A stretch of 57,202 bases of DNA, counting the filler, from Sluysia triapertura (Eukaryota), in assembly GCA_046118255.1 (NCBI GenBank). It is 4 parts of 4 records of this genome, joined end to end, with 100 filler letters (N's around TTAATTAATTAA, not from the genome) between each part and the next. Parts side by side here need not be neighbours in the genome. Positions count along the whole stretch, not along the records: positions 12,168 to 25,302 come from JBJNIA010057435.1; 3 more parts are not named here. The stretch is one strand, 5' to 3'. Under the pieces are notes generated by a model that worked only from the letters and a program-made list of their open reading frames with translations, did not search any database and was not told the origin of the DNA. Below are positions 12,246-25,402 of this stretch, piece after piece. Both the position numbers and the translations under genes were made by a program. The number at the start of each line of letters is the position of its first letter. Position 1 is the first letter of the stretch.

Positions 12246-12651
12246 ATCACTTGTGTTACTCAAAGATATAATGCTAATGGATAAAATGTTGCATCAAATT
12301 AGTGATCATAAATATCGAAAGTTAGCAGAGCAAAAAGTATTATGTAAGGATCAAAAGACAAAGGGTGTGGTATAATGAATTTCCAGATGTCAAATTGGCA
12401 AATATATTAGTTATTGTTACTTGGATCTACTTATTCAAAAGAAAAATTAAATCACTTAAATCAATGTAGAGGAATTATTATCTGGCTAATTATAAATTCA
12501 ATCTTCTAAAATTTGCAAAGGCATATTTAAAATTTGAACGCGACGAAAAATCCGTTATACATGTTAGATCATTATAAAGTTCCCTTAATCAAGGAATTCA
12601 AACACACACACACACACACATGAATACTATAATAAACAATAAAATACTAAC

Positions 12652-12736
12652 TTCATCATATTTAGCAAATGTAATTTCCAAGTACTTTCTGCCTTGTGCT
12701 GAAATCTCCGCGTTACAACCACGAGGAATATCAATT
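12652..12736 (-). CDS. RHOT: Miro/RHOT distal exon (start of second EF-hand region)
   Basis: tttcag acceptor and gttagt donor; phase-2 start fits the end of exon 7. Peptide (R)IDIPRGCNAEISAQGRKYLEITFAKYDE aligns with Miro [28 protein letters not shown]. Confidence 0.9.
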
Positions 12737-15092
12737 CTGAAACGAATTAAATCGTTAATTCATATATTAACTAGTCAATGTAAATTTGTTACGTAATTTA
12801 ATTGGATATTTAGGAATTGATCAAAAGAAAATGAGAAAGAAACTTCTCGAAAATAAACAGTTATTATTTAACATAACTAAGGTTTCTGACAAATGAAAAG
12901 TTTGTGATTAAGGATGACGATTAATTGTGCAATGATAATAGTAAAAGTAGAATTTCAAAAAAAGAATTAAAATCTTTAAGTTTGCCATTATTACTACAAA
13001 AAGTTAAGTCGATAATAAAATAGTTGTGTAAATTAAACCATCTGTTACAGTAAACTCATCTCTAACACGATAAAAAACTAAACGTCATTTTACAGAAAGA
13101 TATAATCGTTAAGAAAGAATGTCGAATAAAATGGAAATTTAAAATTTAATCTTCGAGGAAGTTAGAAAATTATGCAAATGCTCTATAGATTGCATGATCG
13201 TGCCGATGATATCGAACATGACAAGTTCATAAATCGCGAAACTATCAACGCAAGATCTCATAGATTACGGATCTACTGAATCAACTTCACAAATGATGTA
13301 CAATTCACTTCAACCCGACAATATGGGTCGATCTCAATTGCCCAAAATAATTACTAAAAACTTTCATCTCTATATACAAAAAAATACTTATGAATACAAA
13401 GGAAAGTAATTCATTCTATTCCTACAAAGCCGAAATATAATTTTATAGATAGAATGTAATAACTACACCCAACATATGAAATTACCACATCAGGACCCTG
13501 TCGTGCCGGTCACATCATGCACGGAGCTGACGTCTTTGCCCTTGTTGCGTGGGCGAATGTTATACGGAAACACAAAATCTTTTCCCAGTGCTCGATACTA
13601 AACGTTTTACATTGTTGGAATCTTTGACTAGGAAATCGATTTAAGAACCATCAAATAAGGTATTACAAAAAGATCAATACAAGTACCAGTTCAAACAGAC
13701 AAATACAAACAACACAAATTACACATAATGAAGAGACAAAATTCTATCCATAATAAACGACACATGGGACGTTTCCAAACAAATAAGGTAAATGTTCTTT
13801 TTAAACAAATATGATCATATAGGCAACTTATAGGAAAAGTAACGCGAGTACTACTGCACCTCAACGAAGTCCTAAATATCGAAAGTATTAGATTATAAAT
13901 TTAAGTTACAGATCAAACGAAATTGTGCTTTAAAATACGAAAAATATTGAAATTTGCTGTCCAATTAAAAAGACGACAAAAAGAATTACAACTATTATTT
14001 ATAAAATTTTATTTATACTGGTAATTAAAAATGAGGTAATAAGTCAAAATTAATTTTCGAAATAACTATCTACTTTTAAAAATAAATGAATAAAAATTTT
14101 GGTTACATATCATTAAATCGATACTATTATAGAAAAATAATGAACTTTTAGTCGTTAATTATGTGCACAATTGAAAAATTAAATGTGGAGAATTTGGATT
14201 AATTATCGGAAATTGGATTTATGTAACATTTTTGTAGAGCAATCCTAATTGATGTGTTTTTGAAAATCGTTTACAAAATACTGTGGGCCGATCATCACTA
14301 TTTGAAACACTATTTATTTGTTTGGAGTCGGTTATCTTTATTATAACTGATCTTTTAATTTCTTTTAAAAATAAAATGATCTTTAATTTATTATTATTTG
14401 GAGAAATTGAAATAGAATTATGTCAGAACTCTGTCCTCGACACAAATCGAAAATAAATATAAATAATAATTGAAATTAATTAATACTAATTGATTGTAAT
14501 TTAATTGTTTAATTAATTGAAATATTAATTGTCTAATTAATTGATTGAGTTTTGTTTAGTTTTCAAAATTAATTGTAATTTATTTATTTACTAAAATCAT
14601 ATTGTATATTTTAAAATTTAATGCTAATTTAATAAATGAAATTTATTTATTAAAAAAATAACATCTAATAATTTGCGTATAGATACTAAGAAAAAAATTA
14701 AAATCTACGCAACAAAACGCATAATTAAAAGAAATCAAATTTAAACGATTCTAAGAAAAGTTTATCCCTCCAAGACAATTCTTCGAGCAACATTTATCAT
14801 TCGTACGAGACGTTTATTCAAGTTAATATATTTTATTTGTCCTTTAATTATTATTTAATTAATATTTTACGTGTTTTCTTTTGAAAATTTTGAATTCAAA
14901 TTGCTGTCTTGTTTTTGGTAAGAGAAGCATCAAAAGTAAAGGACTAAAATAATAACATTAAATAAATTTAGCATAACAGAATTTAAGAAAAATCCTACAG
15001 ATACGTCACATAAAAAACAAACCGTAGACTATAGGTAAAACTTAACATTTACATTTGTGTTGTAAGAAAAAATTAAAATTTAATAATTTAAA

Positions 15093-15097
<5 letters not shown>

Positions 15098-15154
<57 letters not shown>
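15098..15154. repeat. (AAT)n microsatellite
   Basis: Seen directly. Further (AAT/ATT)n tracts at ~35253-35304, 37583-37659, 38643-38696, 40495-40550, 42170-42234, 42525-42579 and 46313-46368. Confidence 0.95.
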
Positions 15155-15155
<1 letters not shown>

Positions 15156-15199
15156 GTTATCAATATAAATTAAAATATTTTTATTTTAATATTATTAAA

Positions 15200-16200
15200 A
15201 CATAATCCTTTAAATTCAAAATAAAACTTAATCTCAATTATATTTTTTATATATCATAATAAATTCCACTTACCAAATAATATAACAAATATATTTTAAC
15301 ACAATAATTATCAATAATTTAACACGAATAAAATAGGACCAAAAATCAAATCAAATGATCATATGATGACTATCTAATCATCGGAGCACTAATAATCTAA
15401 AGCCACACTATTAAGCAAGGGTGGCGCAACTAAAATTAAAAAAGGCTTTCTTCAAATATAATATATACTAATAGAGAGAGGATTTCTATAAAAATTTGAA
15501 TTTAAAAATTAATTTTAATATTTAATAAATAAATAAATGCAATAAAACAGTAAAGGTGTTAGGATTTCCCGAAAACTATCTGAAATTAAAAGGACTTCCC
15601 AAAGGTACTTAAATTATTAATGTAAAATCAAAATGGGGATTCCCCAAGTAATACTTAAATTATTAATAAAAAATACTTTAAATATTATTTTAGAATAATC
15701 AAATAAAAATTATAACCATTTGTGCACTAACTATAGTGTTAATTTTTAAGTATTCCCTTTTATACTTCCTTGTTATCCAATCACTCTTGAATTTTACAAT
15801 CAAACATTCTCTTACATAAATCATTGGAACCTGATAATAAAGTTGTCTTTTAAAATTTATTTATTATTACCGAATTTATTTTAACCTATCTTTAATGAAT
15901 CAAAAGTAAAATTCAAATTAAGTATATTCAACACAATACAAATATCATAATAAAATTAGTATGACAGATGAATTTAACTACTCTCACTATTATCAAATCC
16001 TACTAATAAAAGCTTAATATTCAAAGTAAATAAAGCACCTATAAACTGTCAAGGAAAATACAAACAAGTATTAAATACGTAACAATCAATAATCAACAAA
16101 AATAAAAAATTAGTAATTATCAAATAATAGAACAAAATGGATTCCCCCAAAAATATTAAAAAATTTCGAATTAAAATTAATATTAATAAATAATTAATTC
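15200..16200. repeat. Unclassified dispersed element family X, copy 2 (inside the Miro intron)
   Basis: GCAAGGGTGGCGCAAC at 15415-15430, repeated GGA(T/C)TTCCC motifs, and block 15740-15830 homologous to 6060-6145. Confidence 0.7.
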
Positions 16201-18849
16201 ATTGTTAGGTTGTCATCACACAAAAAAACCATAAATGGACTTAGTTTTCTAAAAAAAGAAATACAGTTTCCATGGATTATGATTGGATCTAATTGATTTT
16301 CCGATTATCAATTTACAAGTCATTATCTTATTTGGTCATCAATGTTTTGTCAAAATTCTTATTCGAATAAAATTAGTAAGTTAATCTTTGTTCAGAGCAA
16401 AGTCTTAAAAGCTTTCGTAAATTCTTTTTAATTCATTTTTAAACCCGATATGATGAAGGGAAAAACTATTTATATTTATGAACCAGATTTAATGTGATAC
16501 AATGAACAGAAACTTTGTAATAGTAATGTGTACATCGTGTAATTAGACGACTACGTACCAACAATTTATGAGGAATTGCAACAGCGAATACACATACTAA
16601 ATTAGAGTACTTGTAGAATTATTATAATTATTATAGAATTATTATAATACTCATTTTTTACTAGTAACATTTTGTAAATATTCATTTTAAAAATAAACTC
16701 ATTTTTAATATTTTAATTATTACTCATCTTAAAATAATGTTAAAATAATAATGCTCAAAAAATTATTAAGATTATAATGCTTTAGCATCAATTTACGATG
16801 AGATTATACATAGTTAATATAAATTCAAAATTTAGTAATAAATGACAATCAAATTTAAATTGAAATTGTAAAAATAATCATTTTAAAGTGAGATTCAATA
16901 GAGACAATATGAAGTTAAAATTTATAAACTTTATAAAATTCATTATAATTAATAGAATCATTTTAAAATAAGAATCAATAACAATTATAAGAAATCAAAC
17001 TTTAAGAGCATAAAACTCGATCAAAATTAATTTAAATTAAAGATTTGACAAAGAAGTATTGACTGAAAATAATTGCAATCTTTACTATAGTTAGTTATTA
17101 TAATAGTATTGACTAAAATTAATTACTAATATTATCGTGACTATTATAACTGCTGTTAATAATATTGATTTATATTACATTTATTATTTTACAATCATTA
17201 TAATTCATATCATTATATAACTATTGTTAATAATTTTAAAGTTTCATTGTAATAATATATTTGGATAAGTACGAGATTTTCTTTAAACACAACAAAAATG
17301 TTATTTAAATTAGTAAACGTTGAAGCATTTGGAGATATTATTGGAACATTTTAAATATTCAAGAATATTATTTGGTTGATCTTAAAAACTATATATTTTT
17401 TGATACTTCAAAATTATTAAAGGTAAGCATTATCTTCAGTCATACAATTAAACTATTTTTTTGTTTGGTTATATTTATATGTTGATAAAATTTTGTATTA
17501 TTAATTTAGAATTTATTTAATAAATATTCAATATATTTGCTTATTTTATTTGCATATAGCATAAAACGAAAGAGGTCGATGTTAGGGCCGGCAACATTGA
17601 ATTGAGTATTTAAATAGAAGAAATTAATAAAGACTATAATTAAGCATTTTCTTAAATATTAGAACACCAATAGAGACTTAAATAAATAAATTGAAGTATT
17701 TATTAAGCACTGCTATCCCGAATAACTGAGACGAGTATTCGAGTTCAACACTTCCAGATAAGACAAACATAATAGACAATGCATAATATTATTTGCAGAG
17801 CTAATTATTAAAGAAAATTTATATTAATAAAAGATAGTACCTCCAGTTAAATTCAATTAAGAATTCATTCAAACACGCGCAAATCTTAAAAAGAATCACA
17901 TAACTCATTAATTTCAAATTTTACATACGTATTGAGTAATAGTTTGAGGTGTTGTAGTTTAATAATTTGTTCATGTAATATGTATTGATTTGTTAGCAAG
18001 TTTTTTATGATTGTGGTGATTTGATTTAGAGTTGACTACTTCCATTATTAATTGATGAGATATAGTTGATTTAATATGAAGTGACGGTTCATAAAGATAT
18101 TTAAGTTTTATATTATTGCGCTGAATTAAATCTCTAATTTATAAGTGTCTAATAATTGAATTCCTTTAAGCAAAAAGTATTGTAACATTTCACTGCGATT
18201 ACTACTAAATTATTTAATGCTTCATCAATCGAATAAGCAAGTAATACTATTTCATGTATTTCATAAAATTAACACATTAATTAAATTCACAAATTTCACT
18301 GTGATTTTAATTGGTTTTCAAGCGCTTTAAAATAAAACTAATAATAATTAATATGCATCAAAATATTTAAACAATTTTTTGCAATAATAAAATAAAAATT
18401 TCAAATTTTTAAATTTAATATCAATGATACTCATACTGAAGTCAATATTAACTCTAAGAAAATTAATAAGAATTTTAAATAGTTATTTAATTTGATTGTG
18501 AATATTGGTTAACAAATACTAGAACGAGAGTGTAATGAAGGTTTTAGAAGTTATATGAAAGATAATAGCTGTTTTGTAATAGATATTGAGTATAATTTAT
18601 AACTGTTTAATATGTCCATTGATTTGATAGTTTTCGCTCATTACACTCTAAAATACAAATTGTTTTATTGAATTTCGAATTTGAGGTAATAATTAGACAG
18701 ATGATTTTAAGTTTTGTCAGGAAATCAATTTATATAATCATTTATATAATCACCCAATTTGATCATAAATAAACATTTTGTTTCATAAACTTACTATTTG
18801 ATTATTATTTAATTATGTATCATTTTATTACTTTTATTATTTCTTCAGT

Positions 18850-20070
18850 ATAACAATCCTAAAGTATCCATCCTACACAAAAAGACTGAATCAAGCGAAG
18901 CCCTTTTATTCTGCTGTAAAAACATTGTGACGAAAGTAATTTTCCAATCTTTTTCCCTAATTCTCATGCGACACCCAATAAATTTAAGAGTGAATTTGAT
19001 TTTGACGTAGCAACATATATTGTTATTCTAACAGTTACTACACCCCATATTACAGTAAGTGGCTTAGTTAGTACACCATGTTTTTCCACACTTTGTATAT
19101 TGCAGTTGCTCGTGCTTCAGTGAAGTTTATAGTCACATTAAACGAAATTCCTTTGACTTTTCGAATTAATGCTCTATCAACAATAGGTATTTCTGAATAA
19201 GTATCTATTCATAATATACATAAAAGCTCAAGAATTAATTTCTGCCTAATTTTTACGAAAAAGATGTAGACAATATCGCTCCATGAACTCAGTGTTCTTC
19301 TTTTACTCACAAACCTCCGTTATTTAACGAAAAGAGACTGATGTTTGTGGCTTGTCATCATACGTCGACAAACCACGAATCATTCAATTAGCCTGCATGC
19401 CGTATAGCAGACAATATCATGTCGAGACTAAGATCCGCCCTTATTGCCGTATTTCCAACTTTCGCTCCGATGTTCATAATCTTAAGGAAGAAGATTTGAA
19501 GTCGGCAAAAGATATTTACGTGACCCGCCGCTACTTCTTGGCCCACTTTCACAACAAAATTTTGGTCACTTGTTTTAGAAACATTACACATTCCTTTTGG
19601 TTGGATTAGATGGATTATTATTCATCTTAATAATCATAATCTCATTTCTCTTCTTGCTCTAGCATTTTAGTTCGATCTAGACAAACATTTAAACTCCTCT
19701 ATCAAGTCTTACCACCGTTTGATTGTGTGCGAATGGCGTCTGAACTGGACTAAATTCGCGAAAACCTTTCTTTTATTCCGAACAGTAATTTACCTCATCC
19801 TCTTTTCCCTTCGCTTGGTGCAGCCGATCTCATCCTGTGTGGCTCAACACCGACTTCTCCTCTAATCGATAATTCACGGCGGCGACTGGTCATATATGAA
19901 CAGAAAATTTCCGGAAGAATCTGATAATACAGAGTCTAGTAAAGATGAGCCAACAGTTGATTTGGATGACTAAATGATTATTATCAACATTTTGATTTGA
20001 CTTATGTTTTTGTTTATTTTGACTTTTTATAAGATTTGAGAACAAATCTCCCCATGATGGGATGTATTTG
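18850..20070 (+). mobile_element. 3' part of an LTR-retroelement-like unit with a decayed DEDDh-exonuclease-fold ORF (copy A, antisense in the Miro intron)
   Basis: SFTHKPPLFNEKRLMFVAC / YVDKPRIIQLACMPYSRQYHVETKIRPYCRISNFRSDVHNLKEEDLKSAKDIYVTRRYFLAHFHNKILV / SRQTFKLLYQVLPPFDCVRMASEL, colinear with 55620-56150. Hairpin at 20032-20049, then a G-containing tract and TGTAAA at 20069. Confidence 0.65.
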
Positions 20071-21319
20071 TAAAGTTGTAAATTATATAATGTATTTATA
20101 ATATTATTACTATTACAAAATTGTTATTATAAATTGTACGTAAATTATTATAATTATACGTACGCATTGTACGTATTATTATTATTATAAACATTATTAT
20201 AAAAAAATAAAAATTAAAAATGTTTGCAATTAATAAAAATATTTTAATACAAAAAAGCAAAATATTAATGGATTATTTTAAACCAAAATAATAGAAATAT
20301 TAATTGATGCAAGTTGAAATATTTTAATGTAATATTAATGGATTATTTATAGATTAATAATGAAATATTTTAGTATAAATAGGAGAGATTTTTTGTTAAG
20401 CATAACTTTTGTTCATAAGAGAAGGCAAGGAAACTGCAAAAATATTTACGCGATTAGATCAATTTATATATAGTCCATCAATATTATCAAGTAATAAGTT
20501 TACTTAATATAAGATTGTAAACTCTTAATTTTTATAAAAGTTATAATATTTGACTCAAAATCATATTAATTTGCGTTGGTTCTTAAAACCAATCATAAAT
20601 CTTATTAAAATACTAATTAATTTCGATCGAGCCATAAGACTATATCAAGCTTATCATAATAATAATAATAATTATTATTATTTTATTATTATATCTTTGT
20701 TTATATTATTAAATTATTTTTGATAATACTATTTTTATTAGTGTTTTTAATAATATATATCTTTACAATAGTTATTTATTACGATAGTCCCAACATAAAC
20801 ATATTTGATATAAGATAGTATTTAAACTCTTTTCAAATTACATTCGTCGATTTAAAAGAACTATTCGGAATTAACTTTTCATATTCCATACATACTGGAT
20901 ATTCACGTTACTTGCAACTAAGCCAATTGTAAGTCGTAGATTGCAAGTGAACTTCAATTATCTTCATTTTGCTCATAAACGCAGCATAAGACAAAATAAT
21001 AATTAAATTCATAAAATTTTTAAGGCAAGTTAAGATATTGACTCTAAAATCATCATAAATTAGAAAGATTTGATTCTTAAGAAATTTTCATAATCCTTGA
21101 TTATTGTCTCGTCATTATATGATACCGTTTAAATAAAAAAATTTGTCTAAAGAATCGTATTTGGTAAATTTTTGCATAACAATAAAATTATGCAAATTGT
21201 TTTTTGTTGCTTTAAATTTAAAGTACATGACAAGCACTTTGTATAAAAAGAAAATAATAGTAACGCGGTCACAAACCCACATGCAATTATTCAAATTTAA
21301 CAAAATATACGAGCAAAAC

Positions 21320-21368
21320 CTTATAGGTGAAGCACAATAAGGTGATAAATCACCAACTATAGAGGAAC
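21320..21368 (-). CDS. Candidate Miro cassette exon B (49 nt)
   Basis: aaacag acceptor and AG|gtttt donor; open in the required phase (C)SSIVGDLSPYCASPI(R). Confidence 0.4.
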
Positions 21369-21860
21369 CTGTTTAAATTCATTTTGCGTAACCGTATTTT
21401 GGAATAAAAAAATGTAAAGAAAATGTTTTTAGATACAATTAAAGGAGACAATTAGTTCAAATGAATAAGAGTTTCATACTTTTTTAAATACTTTATAAAT
21501 GTTTAATTTTTATATGTAACCTCTAATAGTTAACTAAAAATGCTTTTTATTAAAAATAATCTATAACGTTTCATTAGGATTTTAAATTGTTGAAAAGAAC
21601 AACTCCTATTAAAAATCTTGCCATTTGTTTTAATTTTGTAATAATATAATTAGATAATAATTAATTTTTAATATTATTGATTAGGAATTTCGTACATTAT
21701 AAAAAAGTTAAGCAAATAACTGATGTTAAGTACTAACTAAATTAAACAATCCATATTTTTGGCTTTGCACTCTTAAAAAATACAAAACTTAAATAAATCA
21801 TCGTTTTAAATGTTTATATACAGTAAAATATTAATGAATATTTATAAATTATTTAAATAC

Positions 21861-21895
21861 ACAGGCGGCAAAATTCATTTTGCAGTATTTTAAGT
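21861..21895 (-). CDS. Candidate Miro cassette exon A (35 nt)
   Basis: tttag acceptor and gtattt donor; reads (R)LKILQNEFCRL in phase with exon 7. Confidence 0.35.
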
Positions 21896-21961
21896 CTAAA
21901 CATTCAACTTATAAAAAAATAAACTATGCATAAATTATTTTGTTTAAAATTATTATTAAAC

Positions 21962-23059
<1,098 letters not shown>

Positions 23060-23335
23060 TTTACATAACTATAATTTCGTTTTATTTATTTATTTCAGGA
23101 TAAAATTAATGTTTACCTATATAGTTACCTAAAACTAAAACTGTAATTTACAATAATCGCTGCTTAAAATAATTGTTTTTATTACTAAAACTTAAAATTA
23201 ATTTAAAATTAAAAAGATTAAAATAATACGAAATATTGTAGCTCCAAACAGAAAACCTCATTATAAAAACAAATTAAAAAAGTTATTTATATTTATTAAG
23301 GTTACGTTGATGATAGTTTTAATTAATGAATATTA

Positions 23336-24065
23336 CTCCCCGTCAGGAAATATGGTATACATTTAAAAAAATTTTGGATTATCGAGAATATCGAAAACAT
23401 ATTGCAATATTCATTGTATTAGTATTGTATACATTTAATGTCACATAATCTGGCATAAATGACAAGTGTTGTGTTCGTGTAAAGTGAGAACTTGCCGATC
23501 AAAGATAAGCTTTTTAAGATAAATAAAATAGGTGCCGCTCTGATGTGAAAATGGGAAATTCCGAAGAAAATTTGATAAACTTAAAAAGAAGAGATGTCAA
23601 ATATAAACAAATGATCGAAGAACAACGTCATGGAATGCAAGAAAAATTATTATAGAATATGAAAGAGAATAGGTTACAACATGGTGCAATCAATGAAGTT
23701 GCTGCTAAGTAGAATTTGACATACCGCTCAAGCTCAATACAAAGAATATAAAATATGTGCCGATGTTTCTTCAAAAAAGAAAAATAAATGTGGAAGAAAA
23801 CGAAAAGATTATTCTAATAATTTAGTTCAAATAAAGAATACACCAATAAATCTTTGATGAAATGTTCGCAGTCTTTCTGGTGCCATTAATATTCAAAAAT
23901 CAACTTTTATGATATATTTGAGCAGCGAAACTGTTTTAAGCAAATATATTCCACAATTAAACCTACTTTAACGGATAAAAATAAATAGGAAAGACTACCA
24001 TTAACGGAGATTTTATTTTTGATGACTTATACAACTGAATTCATATTGACGAAAATGGTTTATCT
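23336..24065 (+). mobile_element. DD39D (plant-mariner/Stowaway-related) Tc1-mariner relic, 3'-truncated
   Basis: TA followed by CTCCCCGTC (cf. TIR CTCCCTCCGT). Decayed transposase KKKNKCGRKRK...NVRSLSGAINIQKST...IKPTLTDKNK.ERL...FDDLYN.IHIDE(K)WF(Y)L with stops and frameshifts. Confidence 0.8.
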
Positions 24066-24079
24066 TAGTGTTGCGCCTT

Positions 24080-25300
24080 TGAAAATTATTAAATTATTTA
24101 ATATAAATATCAATTTAATTAGCTTTAAAAAATCTCAGTTATTTAAGTATTCACTAGATCAAATATAAATTTTCAATAATAATCTTATTTAATATCAATA
24201 ATTATTCACCCCAAAATTAAGCTGTTGGAAATCAAAACAATAACAACACAACAATTTACTGGTTAAATAATAATCAATTACTAATTAGTATTATTATAAA
24301 TCTCTATTAAGCAGTACTAAAATGATTAAAATGACGAGATTAACATTAACGTTTATAATAGTCTCAAGGATATAACAATCTATCAAAAGAAACCAGAGGT
24401 GACGCAACACTAAGAAAAATATTAACTATTATTCACGATTATCAAATATAAATTTTTCAACATAACGCAAGAACTATTCTAATAAAATCCTCAAAAAAAT
24501 AATATTATTGTTAATTATAAAATAAATTCAAAAATTACTTAAAGCATGGAACTTCTCATTTCTCTAACTAATTGTTGTATTGTCGTTGTAGTTGTTGCGT
24601 TTTGTAATAAAATTTTTAAGTTTTCCTTTTAATATTTTCTCATCATCCAATAATTTCCAATTTTGTTATTAAACATTTTCTCACACATATCACTGCAACA
24701 TTTTTTGAGAATTAATTCGGCAATATTAACTGTGACACTTACATGGTATAAACTATCAAACTTTATTAGATATAGAGCATTAAAAAATTGATTTTCCTTT
24801 ATTCTACTCGATCTACTTTCACTTAAATTAATTCGCACATTAAAATAACAATCATTGTTTTGTTAACATACATAAAAAATAAGTAATTTAACTTTAGTTT
24901 TCAGAATTTAATTGATTTCTGGTTTTTCTCGTCCAATTTTCTAATAAAATGTTTTAAGCTTCTTATTCTCAAACAAACCACTCTACAAATATATCAAACT
25001 AACTTCTAGATTCTCCTCTTCCGTAGCAATCATCGTATATTCCATTCATTACATTTGCATCACTCAAAGTATAAAAACTTCAACATTTCATAATTAAAAA
25101 TTAATTAAAATTTGACTTTGCTAAATATTAAGGCTTTCCTTGCATGAACTCAGTCAAACCATACCTTCATCGAAAGATCTTTTCAAAACAAATGCACTCA
25201 CAGTTTCCAATTTAATGTAGCATTTCGCATTCAAAAGTTATTCACAAAAACGTACTTTTTCTTAATTAATTTAATTAAGATTTTTAATTAATTAATCTAT
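24080..25300. repeat. Unclassified dispersed element family X, copy 3
   Basis: CCAGAGGTGACGCAAC at 24393-24408. A decayed minus-strand ORF (includes ORF 24629-24838) is colinear with 6060-6640. Confidence 0.7.
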
Positions 25301-25302
25301 TT

Positions 25303-25402
25303 NNNNNNNNNNNNNNNNNNNNNNNNNNNNNNNNNNNNNNNNNNNNTTAATTAATTAANNNNNNNNNNNNNNNNNNNNNNNNNNNNNNNNNNNNNNNNNN
25401 NN
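25303..25402. other. Artificial contig linker N44-TTAATTAATTAA-N44
   Basis: Same structure as 12068-12167. Confidence 0.95.
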
